From NCBI GenBank assembly GCA_965197905.1, contig CBDAOB010000002.1, positions 1-64,000 on the forward strand: a DNA stretch of 64,000 nt, in the 5' to 3' direction. A program made the translations under genes and the position numbers. Under the pieces are notes generated by a model. It searched no databases. It was not told where the DNA came from and was given only the letters and a program-made list of their open reading frames with translations. The number at the start of each line of letters is the position of its first letter. Within the stretch, counting starts at the first letter, position 1. Of this stretch, positions 37,996-48,826 are shown one piece after another. Source of the stretch: Candidatus Latescibacterota bacterium. Its GTDB lineage: Bacteria; Latescibacterota; UBA2968; UBA8231.

Positions 37996-38068
37996 CTACG
38001 AGAGGCATAATTTCGAGGCTCTGAACCTGCGGAAATCTGGGACATTGAAAGAAAGCAAAGGAAAGCTC

Positions 38069-38851
38069 ATGGGGATACTGGACAGGTTTTCATTGAAGGG
38101 TCGCGTCGCCTTAGTCTCCGGCGGCGCGGGACCGCTGTTTGGAAGCAGCATTTCGGAAGCGTTGGCAGAAGCGGGGGCGACGCTGATTACGGCCTCGCGA
38201 TCTCTGGAGCGCAACGAGGTGTTTGCGGAGGGGTTGAAGACTCAGGGCTACGACGCCCACGCAATGGAGATGGACATCACCGAGCTGGAATCGATCGAAG
38301 CGTTAGGGGCCGGGGTGACGGAGCGTTTCGGGCGCCTGGACATCCTGGTTAACAGTGCGCTGGCGATCAAGGGAGGTGGTTTCGAGGAGCAGACGCCGGA
38401 GTCGTGGGCGTTCGGAGCCAAGGGGAACATGGTGGGTCTGTTTGCGATGTGTAAGGCGTTCGTCCCCGGGATGGTGGAGCAGGGTGGAGGATCGATCATC
38501 AACATCTCGAGCATCTACGGTGTGGTGGCGAACGATCCGACGCTTTACGAGGGCACCGATATGCGGCAGCCGCCGGATTATACCTTCGTCAAAGCTGGCA
38601 TGATCAATTTTACTCGATACGTCGCCAATTATTATGGAAAGAAGGGGGTTCGGGCGAACTGCATCTGTCCGGGGGGTTATGACTGCGGCGACCCGGCACC
38701 TTTTGTGGAAAACTACACGAAACGTGTTCCGGTGGGACGGTTGTTGGACAACGAGGATCTCAAGGGAGCGGTCGTGTTTCTGGCTTCGGACGCGTCGTCC
38801 TACGTCACCGGGCACACGCTGATGGTGGACGGCGGTTGGACGACCCTTTAG
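38069..38851 (+). CDS. SDR oxidoreductase
   Basis: ALVSGG, INISSIYG, YTFVK, YVTGHTLMVDGG. Confidence 0.9.
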   Translation: MGILDRFSLKGRVALVSGGAGPLFGSSISEALAEAGATLITASRSLERNEVFAEGLKTQGYDAHAMEMDITELESIEALGAGVTERFGRLDILVNSALAIKGGGFEEQTPESWAFGAKGNMVGLFAMCKAFVPGMVEQGGGSIINISSIYGVVANDPTLYEGTDMRQPPDYTFVKAGMINFTRYVANYYGKKGVRANCICPGGYDCGDPAPFVENYTKRVPVGRLLDNEDLKGAVVFLASDASSYVTGHTLMVDGGWTTL

Positions 38852-38983
38852 CTGCGGCGGCGTTCCCCGACGACCGCCCCGTTGGCGGGACAGCGCTGTT
38901 CGTTGACATCAGAGGGCTTATAGTGCTGCATTTACAGGGTATTTCCTACGTCGCTCTTGCATCCGCCGTCTTCATCCGCTGGC

Positions 38984-40240
38984 ATGGCTAAAACTAAGAT
39001 CCTGATCGTCGAAGGTGTTGAGGTCCGTGGCAGGGCCCTGGACATGATTCTGGGCCAGATCGGCGAATTCGAGACCGTTCTGGTCTCGACCGTCACCGAC
39101 GCCCTGATGAAGATCAAGGCTGAACCGTTCGATTTGGTACTCGCCAACACCGAGGTCAGTAAACACGGCGACGGCCTCAAACTCGCCCAGATCATTCTGC
39201 TGCGCAACGTGGTGGCCAAACCCCCTTTGGTGATCATGGTCACCAAGGAGAAGGAGCAGGAACTGGTGCGCAAGTGTCGGCAGATCGGCGTAGTGGATTA
39301 CATCGTCTACCCCTACGACCCGGTCAATCTGTTGAAGCGAGTGTCGGATGCATTCGGCCAACACAAAGGCATGACGAAGGCACAGGCGCGTCGGTCGATT
39401 GCTGCGACGCTGAAAAAAATCATCGATCTGCCGACTATCTCCCAGGTTCAAGATCGGATTACAGATCTTCTCGCCAGCGATCGATCTTCTGCCGCTGATG
39501 TCGCCCGGGTCATGGAGATCGATCAGTCCATCACCGCCAAAATGCTGCGCCTAGCGAACTCCGCCGTTTTCGGTTTCAATCGCCATGTCACTTCGGTCAG
39601 GGACGCTGTTGCTCTTATCGGTTTCGAGCAGGTTGCGGATCTTGTCACCGCGGTATCCACATTCGAGGCACTTGGGCGCGTGGAAGAATCGCCCCACTTC
39701 AATCGCCTCGCGTTCTGGGAGCATTCGATAGGCTGCGGTTCCATCGCGCGGGTCATTGGTGATAAGCTCAAGGTCGACCCCGAGCGCGCCTTCGTAGCCG
39801 GTTTGCTCCACGATATCGGCAAAGTGGTGCTTGACGGCTATTTTCCCGAATTCTTTGGGCAGGCCCTACAAATGGCGGCCAAAGAAGGCATTTCGATCTA
39901 CGAGGCCGAAACCAAGACGATCCCTATAAACCATGAGATGGTGGGTGGCTATCTTGCCCGTCAGTGGAAACTGCCCGAGCCGATCGCTGACGTCATAGGC
40001 GCTCACCATACCCTCAAACCGCAAAAGTCCATGAATATGCGGCTGGTGGTCCTGGTCCACGTGGTCGACGCGCAGTGTCGTGCTCTCGGCGTCGGCAACG
40101 CCGGCGACAACTCAGTGTGGGAGCCAACCAACGGCATGCTGACGCGATTGGCAATCACTCGGTCTGACCTCGATTCATGGAAGCCGGAAATGCAAGAGGC
40201 CATAAAGAACGCGCAAGGACTCTTGGAGTTGGCCGAATGA
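38984..40240 (+). CDS. HDOD-domain protein with N-terminal receiver-like domain
   Basis: LRLANS, FWEHS, AGLLHDIGK, W.LP...I..HH. Confidence 0.88.
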   Translation: MAKTKILIVEGVEVRGRALDMILGQIGEFETVLVSTVTDALMKIKAEPFDLVLANTEVSKHGDGLKLAQIILLRNVVAKPPLVIMVTKEKEQELVRKCRQIGVVDYIVYPYDPVNLLKRVSDAFGQHKGMTKAQARRSIAATLKKIIDLPTISQVQDRITDLLASDRSSAADVARVMEIDQSITAKMLRLANSAVFGFNRHVTSVRDAVALIGFEQVADLVTAVSTFEALGRVEESPHFNRLAFWEHSIGCGSIARVIGDKLKVDPERAFVAGLLHDIGKVVLDGYFPEFFGQALQMAAKEGISIYEAETKTIPINHEMVGGYLARQWKLPEPIADVIGAHHTLKPQKSMNMRLVVLVHVVDAQCRALGVGNAGDNSVWEPTNGMLTRLAITRSDLDSWKPEMQEAIKNAQGLLELAE

Positions 40241-40285
40241 ACGGCGTTGTTTTCGCCCACTTTAAAGAATCGGAAGCAGACATTC

Positions 40286-41020
40286 ATGAGCGAACAAGCA
40301 CGAGCTGAACTGGCACCTACCGGAGTCCTGCGGGCCGGCATCAACCTGTCCAACTTTCTGCTGGTCACCGGGAAAACCGCCGCTGGCGAGCCCGAAGGGG
40401 TTTCCCCGGACATCGCCCGCGCCGTGGCCGATCGCCTGGGCATCGAGCTGGAATACGTGGTGTTCGACACCCCGGCGCAACTGGCGGACGCGGCGGTGCA
40501 AGATGTGTGGGATATCGGCAACCTTGGTGCCGAGCCGGAACGTGCCAAGACGATCGCATTCACCGCCGCCTACGCAGAGATAGAAGCTACCTATCTGGTG
40601 CCGGCCGGTTCGGCGATTCAATCTGTCGACGAGGTGGACCGCGAGGGGATGCGCATCGCCGTGTACGGGCGCGGCGCCTACGGGCTGTGGCTGAGCGATA
40701 ACCTGCAACACGCCGAGCTGGTCAAGGCGGATGGTCTCGACGACTCATTCGACATCTTCGTGAAAGAGGAGCTGGATGCCCTGGCGGGTCTGCGGCCCCG
40801 CCTTACCACGGATGTGCAGAAGCTGCCTGGTGCGCGGATCCTCGAAGGCCAGTTTACCGCAGTGCAGCAGGCGATCGGTACCAAGCCGGACCGAGCGGCC
40901 GGCGCCGCGTTTCTGCGTGCGTTCGTCGAGGAAGCCAAAGCCAGCGGTCTGGTGGCGGAGCTTATCGACAAACATGGTGTGAAAGGCAAGCTGACGGTGG
41001 CGCCGGCGGCGAGCGACTAG
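40286..41020 (+). CDS. ABC-type substrate-binding protein (family 3)
   Basis: LAPTGVLRAGINLSN, FVEEAKASGLV. Confidence 0.85.
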   Translation: MSEQARAELAPTGVLRAGINLSNFLLVTGKTAAGEPEGVSPDIARAVADRLGIELEYVVFDTPAQLADAAVQDVWDIGNLGAEPERAKTIAFTAAYAEIEATYLVPAGSAIQSVDEVDREGMRIAVYGRGAYGLWLSDNLQHAELVKADGLDDSFDIFVKEELDALAGLRPRLTTDVQKLPGARILEGQFTAVQQAIGTKPDRAAGAAFLRAFVEEAKASGLVAELIDKHGVKGKLTVAPAASD

Positions 41021-41033
41021 AGCTGAGAAAAAC

Positions 41034-41804
41034 ATGTCTGTACTGAGCGAAGCTGACCACAGTTTTTTCAAGGAGAACGGATACATCCTGCGGACGGATC
41101 TCCTCTCGGAGGAGGATCTTGCTCGATTCACCCACATCTACGACCGGGACCGTTCGGAGTACTCCTACCGGTGGCATCCTTACTCCTACCATCAACGGGC
41201 CAATTACGATGTGCTGGTTACCTCACCGGAGTTCGACGAGGCGGTTCGACACACACGAGTCTTTGCCGCCATCGGAGAGCTCATGGGTGGCAAGACCTGC
41301 TTCGGTGAATTCGGTGCCCGCTATATGGGCGATTATGACGGCGAGCTCCACCGCGGCTGGCACCGGGATCGCCCTCACTGGCCCGAGCATGCCTACCGAA
41401 TGGATTACATCCAGTTCATGCTCTACCTGACGGACGTCGGTCCGGACACCCACTGCTTCTCGATTTCGCCCGAGTCGATTGCCGATCCGGTCCTCAAGGA
41501 ACCGGAAGACCAGCTGTCAAGAGGGGGAATCGTCGACATCGAAGGGCCCGCCGGTTCCGTTTGCCTGTTCAACGTTGCCGTGCTGCACACGGCAACGACC
41601 CGCAAGACGACTAAAGAGCGCAAGACGCTGCAGATCTATTACGGTCATCGGGATCGCGCCCCTCTGGCCAACGACTCGGTGATCCCCCCCCGCTTCTGGA
41701 AACACGATCCGGACCCCGAGACGCGGGCGTTTTACGGAAATCTCAACGAGGTCACGAGGATCTACATGAAGTCGTTCGGGGTCGAGGACACCACGGTATC
41801 GTAG
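41034..41804 (+). CDS. Phytanoyl-CoA dioxygenase family protein
   Basis: FFKENGY, WHRD, LYLTDV, GPAGS...LH. Confidence 0.85.
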   Translation: MSVLSEADHSFFKENGYILRTDLLSEEDLARFTHIYDRDRSEYSYRWHPYSYHQRANYDVLVTSPEFDEAVRHTRVFAAIGELMGGKTCFGEFGARYMGDYDGELHRGWHRDRPHWPEHAYRMDYIQFMLYLTDVGPDTHCFSISPESIADPVLKEPEDQLSRGGIVDIEGPAGSVCLFNVAVLHTATTRKTTKERKTLQIYYGHRDRAPLANDSVIPPRFWKHDPDPETRAFYGNLNEVTRIYMKSFGVEDTTVS

Positions 41805-41839
41805 TAAACGCAAAACCGTTGCGTGGCTGAAAGGAAAGC

Positions 41840-42139
41840 ATGATCGAACACATCGTATTGCTGAAGCTGAAGGATGGGGTCACGTCCGAGCAGACGCAGG
41901 CGGTTCTAGAAGGATTACAGGAGTTAAAAGGAATGCTGCCCGGCATCGTTTCTATTACTGGTGGGGACAACATGAGCCCGGAAGGGAAGTCACACGATTT
42001 CAGCTGGGGTTTCACCATCACATTCGAAGACGTAGCATCGCGGGACGTTTATTTGCCACATCCCGATCACAAGGCGGTAAGCGCAGGCACGATCCGTCCC
42101 ATCGCGGACGACGTGCTGGTGTTCGATTACAGCAGTTGA
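41840..42139 (+). CDS. Dabb (stress-responsive A/B barrel) protein
   Basis: MIEHIVLLK...YLPHPDH...VFDY. Confidence 0.9.
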   Translation: MIEHIVLLKLKDGVTSEQTQAVLEGLQELKGMLPGIVSITGGDNMSPEGKSHDFSWGFTITFEDVASRDVYLPHPDHKAVSAGTIRPIADDVLVFDYSS

Positions 42140-42182
42140 CAACTGTGGCCCCGTCGGGCCGCAAAAAAGGAGCGGATGAACT

Positions 42183-42914
42183 ATGAACATAATCCTGATC
42201 GGCTGTGAGTTTGCGGGCAAGACCACGCTGGCTGCTGAAATCGTGGACTGGTTCGAGGAGAACATGGGCTACAGCAGCCATTTTCACGACCACTTCACAA
42301 TTCCTTCTACCGAGCTGACCGACGACGCGGGCGCCAGCTACGAAGCGGCCCATCCCCAGGTCAAGGAGATGTTCCAACGCTTCCTGATCTCTTACCACAC
42401 GTCGGAGGGATTCTACAGCGCTCCCGACCACCATCTCATGGGGTTCCACATCGAGGAAGCGGTCTACGCACCGCTCTACTACGGCTACGGCGGCCCGGAT
42501 TCGGGCTCCCCCATGCGCTCTCCGGAGGGGCAACGGACCGAGATGGCACGACACACAGAGGAAGAGATCCTCAAACATGCACCGAATTCGATTCTGGTGT
42601 TGATGAAAACAACGCCAGAAGTGATCAGGGAACGCATGGCCGCCAACATCTTCCCTGACGCCGAGACCCTCGCGCAACAAAAGTTGTCCAAGATCTTCGG
42701 AGAGCCCACCCGAGGTGTGGTACAGAAGAAAGACGTGGAACATGTGCTGGCCCGCTTCGAGGAGGAGTTCGAGGCAAGCCTGATCAAGAACAAGCTGGTG
42801 CTCGACACGACCACTGCCACCGTCGAGGAGAGCATGGCGGAGTTCCTAGAAGGCGCCAAGCCGCTTATGTCAGATGAGGACAAAATCCGCTTTGCCGAAC
42901 ATGGAAGCGCCTGA
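42183..42914 (+). CDS. P-loop-motif hypothetical protein, tandem copy 1
   Basis: ILIGCEFAGKTTLA. Confidence 0.8.
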   Translation: MNIILIGCEFAGKTTLAAEIVDWFEENMGYSSHFHDHFTIPSTELTDDAGASYEAAHPQVKEMFQRFLISYHTSEGFYSAPDHHLMGFHIEEAVYAPLYYGYGGPDSGSPMRSPEGQRTEMARHTEEEILKHAPNSILVLMKTTPEVIRERMAANIFPDAETLAQQKLSKIFGEPTRGVVQKKDVEHVLARFEEEFEASLIKNKLVLDTTTATVEESMAEFLEGAKPLMSDEDKIRFAEHGSA

Positions 42915-42999
42915 AGGCGCGGAAGAAACGAGATGAAGCAACGGGTTCTGGGGAGGACCGGTGTGGCCCGTCGGGCCGAAAAAAAGGAGCGGATGGACT

Positions 43000-43731
43000 G
43001 TGAACATACTCTTGATTGGCTGTGAGTTTGCGGGCAAGACGACGTTGGCTGCTGAGATCGTGGACTGGTGCGAAGAGAATCTGGGTGGCAGCAGTCATTT
43101 CCATGACCACTTCACGATTCCCTCGACGGAGCTGACCGATGAAGCTGGCGCCAGCTACGCGGCGACCCATCCCCAGGTAAAGGAGATGTTCCAGCGCTTC
43201 CTGATCTCCTATCACGCGTCCGAGGGATTCTTCAGCTATCCCGATCACAACCTCATGGGGTACCACATCGAGGAAGCGGTCTACGCGCCGCTCTACTACG
43301 GCTACGGCGGCCCGGACTCGGGCTCCCCCATGCGCAGCCCCGTGGGGCAACGCACGAAGATGGCCCGAAGTACTGAAGAAGAGATTCTCCGGCGTGCGCC
43401 CAACATGGTTCTGGTGTTGATGAAAGCGACACCGGAGGTGATCAGGGAGCGCATGGCGGCCAACTTTTACCCGGACGCCGAGACCGTCGAACGCCAGAAG
43501 ATGTCGAAGCTCTTCGGAGAGCCCACCCGGGGTGTGGTGCAGGAGAAAGACGTGGAACACGTGCTGGCGCGCTTCGAAGAGGAGTTCGAGGCGAGTCTGA
43601 TGAAGAACAAGCTAGTGCTCGACACGACTACTGCCACCGTCGAGGAGACCATGGCGGAATTCTTAGAAGGCTCAATGCCGTTCATGACAGACGCGGACAA
43701 GGCCCGCCTCGCTGAACACGGAAAATCCTGA
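43000..43731 (+). CDS. P-loop-motif hypothetical protein, tandem copy 2
   Basis: Collinear paralog, same 243-aa length from GTG at 43000. Confidence 0.8.
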   Translation: MNILLIGCEFAGKTTLAAEIVDWCEENLGGSSHFHDHFTIPSTELTDEAGASYAATHPQVKEMFQRFLISYHASEGFFSYPDHNLMGYHIEEAVYAPLYYGYGGPDSGSPMRSPVGQRTKMARSTEEEILRRAPNMVLVLMKATPEVIRERMAANFYPDAETVERQKMSKLFGEPTRGVVQEKDVEHVLARFEEEFEASLMKNKLVLDTTTATVEETMAEFLEGSMPFMTDADKARLAEHGKS

Positions 43732-43748
43732 GGGCAGGAGGACGCGAG

Positions 43749-44738
43749 ATGAAGCAGCGGGTTCTGGGGAGGACCGGTTTAAAGGTGAGCGAGCTCAACC
43801 TTGGGGCGGCTTTTGTCAGCAAGGGGGAGCAAGGCGCCGACGGTGCCACGGCGACGGTGCGCCGGGCGCTCGAGCTGGGCATGAACCTGGCCGATACCTC
43901 CGCCGACTACGGCGACAGCGAAGAGGTGCTCGGCCGGGCGCTGCACGAGATCGGCGAGCCGTGTATCGTCTCCACCAAGCTGGGGCCGCCGTCGGAATGG
44001 ACCGACTTCGATCCCAAAGACAAGGACCAGCTGCGACGGATAGTGGAACGTAGCCTCAAGAATCTGCACCGCGACGTCATCGACATCATGATGATCCACG
44101 AGCCCGACCGTCCGCGGCAGTTCGACTGGTACGACGACGACATCTCCTTTCAGGGTCCTGTGGTGGAGCTTTTGAACGAACTCAAGGAAGAGGGAGTGAT
44201 CAAATACACGGGTATCGGAGGCACAGCGATCTACGAACTCACGCGCCTGGTGGCTACCGGTGCGTACGACGTGGTGTTGACCGGTTTCAACTCCAGTCCT
44301 CTCTGGCGCGACTCTTTGACTACGGTGATTCCGGAAGCGACCAAACAAAACATGGGGGTCTTCCTCGCTTCTCCGACGCAGCAGGGGTGGCTCGTCAAGA
44401 AATGCCCGCAGGTTTACGACGGGGCGCGCTGGCTCAGTCCGCAGCGGCGAGAGCAGCTGAAGGTGCTCTACGACTTCGTGGACGAGATCGGCATCGAGCT
44501 GCCGGTGTTGTGTGTGCGCTGGGCATTGGCGGTGGAAGGGGTTTCCACGGTGTTGACCGGACCGCGCAACATCGCCCAGCTGGAGCAGAACTACTCCGCG
44601 ACCGAAGAGGGGCCATTGCCTGCCGATATCGCGAAACGTCTCGACGAGATCTACGAGATGGTACCGTATCGTCCCTTCGAGGAGCCGGCGCCGGCCTGTT
44701 TCGAACGGGAGTACTGGGGTCCGGGGCCATTGCGGTAA
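43749..44738 (+). CDS. Aldo/keto reductase
   Basis: RVLGRTGLKVS, DTSADYGDSE, STK, IHE. Confidence 0.9.
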   Translation: MKQRVLGRTGLKVSELNLGAAFVSKGEQGADGATATVRRALELGMNLADTSADYGDSEEVLGRALHEIGEPCIVSTKLGPPSEWTDFDPKDKDQLRRIVERSLKNLHRDVIDIMMIHEPDRPRQFDWYDDDISFQGPVVELLNELKEEGVIKYTGIGGTAIYELTRLVATGAYDVVLTGFNSSPLWRDSLTTVIPEATKQNMGVFLASPTQQGWLVKKCPQVYDGARWLSPQRREQLKVLYDFVDEIGIELPVLCVRWALAVEGVSTVLTGPRNIAQLEQNYSATEEGPLPADIAKRLDEIYEMVPYRPFEEPAPACFEREYWGPGPLR

Positions 44739-44783
44739 CGCATCCCCGCGTGCCTCAGGCCGGCTGCAGGCTCAATCGATGAA

Positions 44784-47700
44784 GTGCGTGCAGCAGCGCT
44801 TTCAAAACTCGGTTCAGACACCTGCGACATGCCATCGATTCCCACAGCTTCTTCTGCGGGGAGGCGCGGTTGCGGCGGGCCGCCCGCTGGCGACACACTC
44901 CCGGAACCGGCACGCCGTTTTCCGTTGGAGGCCCAACGCCGCATCAGCGAGCTTCTGGAGACCGCGGAGAGTGATACGACGGCCGCGGTAGTAGCGGGTT
45001 TCTTCTATCGCGACCACGACGGGGACGACACGTTCTCCGACGGCGAGGAGTTTCCCGGGGCGATTCTCGGCGCGCCGCAGCTTAACGACGCGTCGCTGCA
45101 CACCTACTTCAACTGTTTTTGGAGCGACGCACTACTACCGGGCGATAAGGTCGTGGTCCGGTTCGAGGCAGCCGGTGTGTTTCCATTCGAGGCAGACGTC
45201 GAGCTGCAACCCGGATTGAATCTGGTGCACATTCCGGTTCTGCCCACGCGACCGGTCATCTATGTCGTTCCCCATTCCCACTTCGACACCGAGTGGCGTC
45301 GCACCTACGAGGAGTACCTCGAGCAGGAGGTGCCCAACCTGCGGAGCCGTCTCGACCTGATGCGACAAGAGCCATCCCACTGCTTCAGCTTCGACGAAGA
45401 ATGTGTAACGATTCCGTTCATGGAGCGCTCCGACGCGGACCACCGCGAGCGGCTGCGCCAGGGCATCCGCGACGGCATGGTGGAGCCCAAGGGGTTGGTC
45501 ACGCAGCAGGAGCTCACTATGCCGTACGGTGAATCGCTGGTGCGTAACATTACAATGGGGGAACGGATGCTCTCCGAGCTGATGGGTGAGTCGATTCGGC
45601 CGGAGGTCTACTGGTGCGTTGATCATTACGGCATGGGAGTGCAGATGGCGCAGATCCTGCGCAATTCCGGGCGCAGGTATTTCCTCATTGGGGAATACAG
45701 CGATGAGCGGATTCCGTACACGGAGCCGGGACTGAGCCAGCATCAGGAATTCTGGCTGCGTTCACCGGACGGGTCGAGGATGCTCACCAATCGCGGTTTC
45801 TACGGCGGTGCGGTAACACCGACCGCCATTCCGCCGCGACACCCTCATCAGTGCGGACTACAGTTCCTGGGTGAGGACAACTGCGCGCCCCGGCCCGAGC
45901 TGATCGCCGAGGTAGAGGAAACAAACCGTTCCCAGGATCAGTTCACCTACGTGATCTCCACGACGCTGCCTTTTTACCGGGCGATCGCGCGCGACCCGGA
46001 GCTACCCACCTTCGAGACGGAAAGTGTCGTTACCCGCTGGTGTGGGATCTACGAATCGCGGCTGCGAAGCAAGACCCAGAACCGGACGTTGGAGAACCGG
46101 ACCCTGGCGCTGGAAGCGTTGGCCAGCTGTGCACAACTGGAAGGGATGCCGTATCCGGACACATTGGAACGCGCCTGGTACCTGATGATCCTGAATCAAC
46201 ATCACGATCCGCTGATGTCGATTATGGCCAGGGTGGGTCTCTTTGACTCGGAGATTCCCGCGCGTTTCGAGCAGTGCTCGAGCCTGCTGGATCAGGTCGA
46301 CGACCAGGTGATGGGTTGGCTGGGAGCGGAGATCGACACCGCGGGGTCGCCAGGGAGACCGCTGATCGCCTACAACGCGCTGCCGCTGGCGCACTCGGCG
46401 GTTTTGGAGATGGAGTTCAGTGTCGAGGACGGGACCGGAGGTACGCACGTGGGTTTCGTCGATCACCAGGGCGAGCCGGTGGTGTGCCAGCGCGTGGAAG
46501 CGGAAGAGGGCAGGGAACGACTCGTCTTTCTGGCGGAGCATCTTCCGGCGTTGGGGTGGCGCACCTATTACATGACTACCGATGGAGATCCCCGGCTCGA
46601 CGGGGGCGGCAACAGCGACGACTCGGCTGCCGCGGCGCTCGGGGATTCGGGTCGTGGCGCACAGGTCGTCCAGGCCACGACAACTCGCCTGGAAAACGAG
46701 CACCTCAGAGTCGAGTTGATCGACGGCATGATCACACGAGTGGTCGAGAAGAGCGCGGGCATTGAGGTGCTGCGAGCATCGACCGAATGTGGCGTCAACG
46801 AGATCGCGATCTGGCGAGACGAGGGGTGCATCAGCGTAATTCGCCCGATGGACGACAACGGCATCGTCGATTTTCTGCACAACGACGCGGCTGTTCTGGT
46901 CGCCCGCAGTGCACAGATCGCCGACCGCCAGGTTGCCGTGCTCGAGGACGGACCGCTGCGGGCACGGCTGCAGATTCGGTTCGAGCTCGATTGGGGACGC
47001 TTTGAACAACGGCTCGAGCTGGAGACCGGGTCCTGGCTGTTGCGGCTAACTACCAAGATCGAGTGGGATCCGTCCGGCAAGGTCACTCCCTTCGACGGTC
47101 GCCGCGTGCGTCTGGCTTTCGGTACCGGCTTCAAGGATGCGAGGATCGTGTGCGACACCCCGTTCGGCGTGGTGCCGTGGAGGCAGGTGGAGCAGATCCG
47201 ACCGGTTAACTCATGGCTGGCAGCGGAGACGCCGACCTGTGGGGTGGCATTGTTCCACAAGGGAACCCACTCGGTGCAGGTGGTGGACGATATCATCTAC
47301 GCCACCCTGATTCGTTCGGTGCTCGAGCCGGATTTCGATACTGAGGACGAGCGTGCCTGCAAGTGGGATGTGGCCGATGACGAGGCCGCCGAGGCCGGCA
47401 CCCACACCCTGGAACACGCTCTCTACATGTATCCCGGAACCTGGGACCGCGCCGAGGTTCCCTCCGCCGCCCGTCGTTTCAATTCCGCCATCGAGGTTGT
47501 GCCGGCGGGCCGCCACGAGGGGCGACTGCCAGCCGAAGCGAGCTATCTAGATCTAGAGCCGCCGACGCTGGTGGCATCGGCGGTGAAACCCTCCGAATAT
47601 CGCACTGGTCATACGGTTGTTCGTCTCTACAATCCCACCGAGCGCAACGTGCACGGTCGGCTGGGGGTCGGGTTTGACCACGGAGCGGTGGAGGTGGTGG

Positions 47701-47810
47701 ATTTCCGCGAGCAAATGGTGGATACTCTGGGCGGGGGAAACCCGTATGAGCTTCAGGTGGGTCCCTACGAGATCGTCACCCTGTGCATCGAGGGACGGAA
47801 GGAACACTGA
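44784..47810 (+). CDS. Glycoside hydrolase family 38 (alpha-mannosidase-like); start uncertain
   Basis: VVPHSHFDTEW, PYGESLVRN, NQHHD, VVRLYN. Confidence 0.8.
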   Translation: MRAAALSKLGSDTCDMPSIPTASSAGRRGCGGPPAGDTLPEPARRFPLEAQRRISELLETAESDTTAAVVAGFFYRDHDGDDTFSDGEEFPGAILGAPQLNDASLHTYFNCFWSDALLPGDKVVVRFEAAGVFPFEADVELQPGLNLVHIPVLPTRPVIYVVPHSHFDTEWRRTYEEYLEQEVPNLRSRLDLMRQEPSHCFSFDEECVTIPFMERSDADHRERLRQGIRDGMVEPKGLVTQQELTMPYGESLVRNITMGERMLSELMGESIRPEVYWCVDHYGMGVQMAQILRNSGRRYFLIGEYSDERIPYTEPGLSQHQEFWLRSPDGSRMLTNRGFYGGAVTPTAIPPRHPHQCGLQFLGEDNCAPRPELIAEVEETNRSQDQFTYVISTTLPFYRAIARDPELPTFETESVVTRWCGIYESRLRSKTQNRTLENRTLALEALASCAQLEGMPYPDTLERAWYLMILNQHHDPLMSIMARVGLFDSEIPARFEQCSSLLDQVDDQVMGWLGAEIDTAGSPGRPLIAYNALPLAHSAVLEMEFSVEDGTGGTHVGFVDHQGEPVVCQRVEAEEGRERLVFLAEHLPALGWRTYYMTTDGDPRLDGGGNSDDSAAAALGDSGRGAQVVQATTTRLENEHLRVELIDGMITRVVEKSAGIEVLRASTECGVNEIAIWRDEGCISVIRPMDDNGIVDFLHNDAAVLVARSAQIADRQVAVLEDGPLRARLQIRFELDWGRFEQRLELETGSWLLRLTTKIEWDPSGKVTPFDGRRVRLAFGTGFKDARIVCDTPFGVVPWRQVEQIRPVNSWLAAETPTCGVALFHKGTHSVQVVDDIIYATLIRSVLEPDFDTEDERACKWDVADDEAAEAGTHTLEHALYMYPGTWDRAEVPSAARRFNSAIEVVPAGRHEGRLPAEASYLDLEPPTLVASAVKPSEYRTGHTVVRLYNPTERNVHGRLGVGFDHGAVEVVDFREQMVDTLGGGNPYELQVGPYEIVTLCIEGRKEH

Positions 47811-48796
47811 TGGAGTATGTCAATTTCGGCAAGGCCGGAGTCAAGGTGAGCAAGATCGCCCTGGGACTCGGTTTTAGAGGACAACGCGACCCTGCGGAGG
47901 CGCAGAAGGTGGTGGAACGGGCCCTCGATCTGGGCATTACCTTCTTCGACTGTGCCAACGTCTACGGACCCACCGGCAGAGACGCATGGGACATCGGCCA
48001 CTCGGAGAGAATTCTGGGTCGGGCGATCAGGAGCGGTCGCGACGACGTGGTCATCACGACCAAAGTGGCCGGTGCGGTGGGCACGGGCCCGAACGAGAGC
48101 GGACTGTCTCGTTACCACATCATGCAACAGGTGGAGCGTTCTCTAAAACACCTGGATACCGACCACATCGATGTCTACCTGGCCCACGACTATCCCCACG
48201 AAACCCCGCACGAAGAAACCCTGCGCACCTTCGACGATCTAGTGAGATCCGGCAAGGTGCTCTACGTCGGCTGCTGCAACTACAATGCCTGGCAGGTGTG
48301 TCATGCGCTGTGGATCCAGGAGCGCATCAACGCTTCGCCCTACATCTGCGTGCAGAATCCGTACAACCTGCTCAATCGCAAGTTGGAGCAGGAGATGTTT
48401 GGCGTCATTCGGGAATTCGGTCTCGGTGCCATGGCGTACAGTCCGCTCGCCGTCGGTCTCTTGAGCGGCGCCTACGACGTCAACAAGCCGGCGCCCGCCG
48501 ATTCACTGTGGGAGATGGATCACCGCAAAGGCCGTTTCGAGAAGCTGATGCAGGGACCGATCCGGCCGACCATCGCTCTGGTGCACGAGCTCGCCGCGGA
48601 AATAGGCAAGACGCCGGCGCAGCTGGCCATCGCCTGGGTGCTCTCGCATCCGGAAATCACGACGGCATTGAGCGGCAGTGACAAGGCGGAGCATGTAGAG
48701 GATGTGGTGGGGGCCGTCGGCTGGGAGCTAGATCCGGAGATCCGCCGAAGGTTGGACGAACAATCCGATTCACTGGGGGAGGCCCTCGATGGCTGA
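47810..48796 (+). CDS. Aldo/keto reductase
   Basis: FDCANVYG, SLKHLDTDHIDVY, YSPLAVGLLSG; TGATG coupling. Confidence 0.9.
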   Translation: MEYVNFGKAGVKVSKIALGLGFRGQRDPAEAQKVVERALDLGITFFDCANVYGPTGRDAWDIGHSERILGRAIRSGRDDVVITTKVAGAVGTGPNESGLSRYHIMQQVERSLKHLDTDHIDVYLAHDYPHETPHEETLRTFDDLVRSGKVLYVGCCNYNAWQVCHALWIQERINASPYICVQNPYNLLNRKLEQEMFGVIREFGLGAMAYSPLAVGLLSGAYDVNKPAPADSLWEMDHRKGRFEKLMQGPIRPTIALVHELAAEIGKTPAQLAIAWVLSHPEITTALSGSDKAEHVEDVVGAVGWELDPEIRRRLDEQSDSLGEALDG

Positions 48797-48826
48797 CTCC
48801 ATCAACTCGAACTCGGAGCAGAGACC

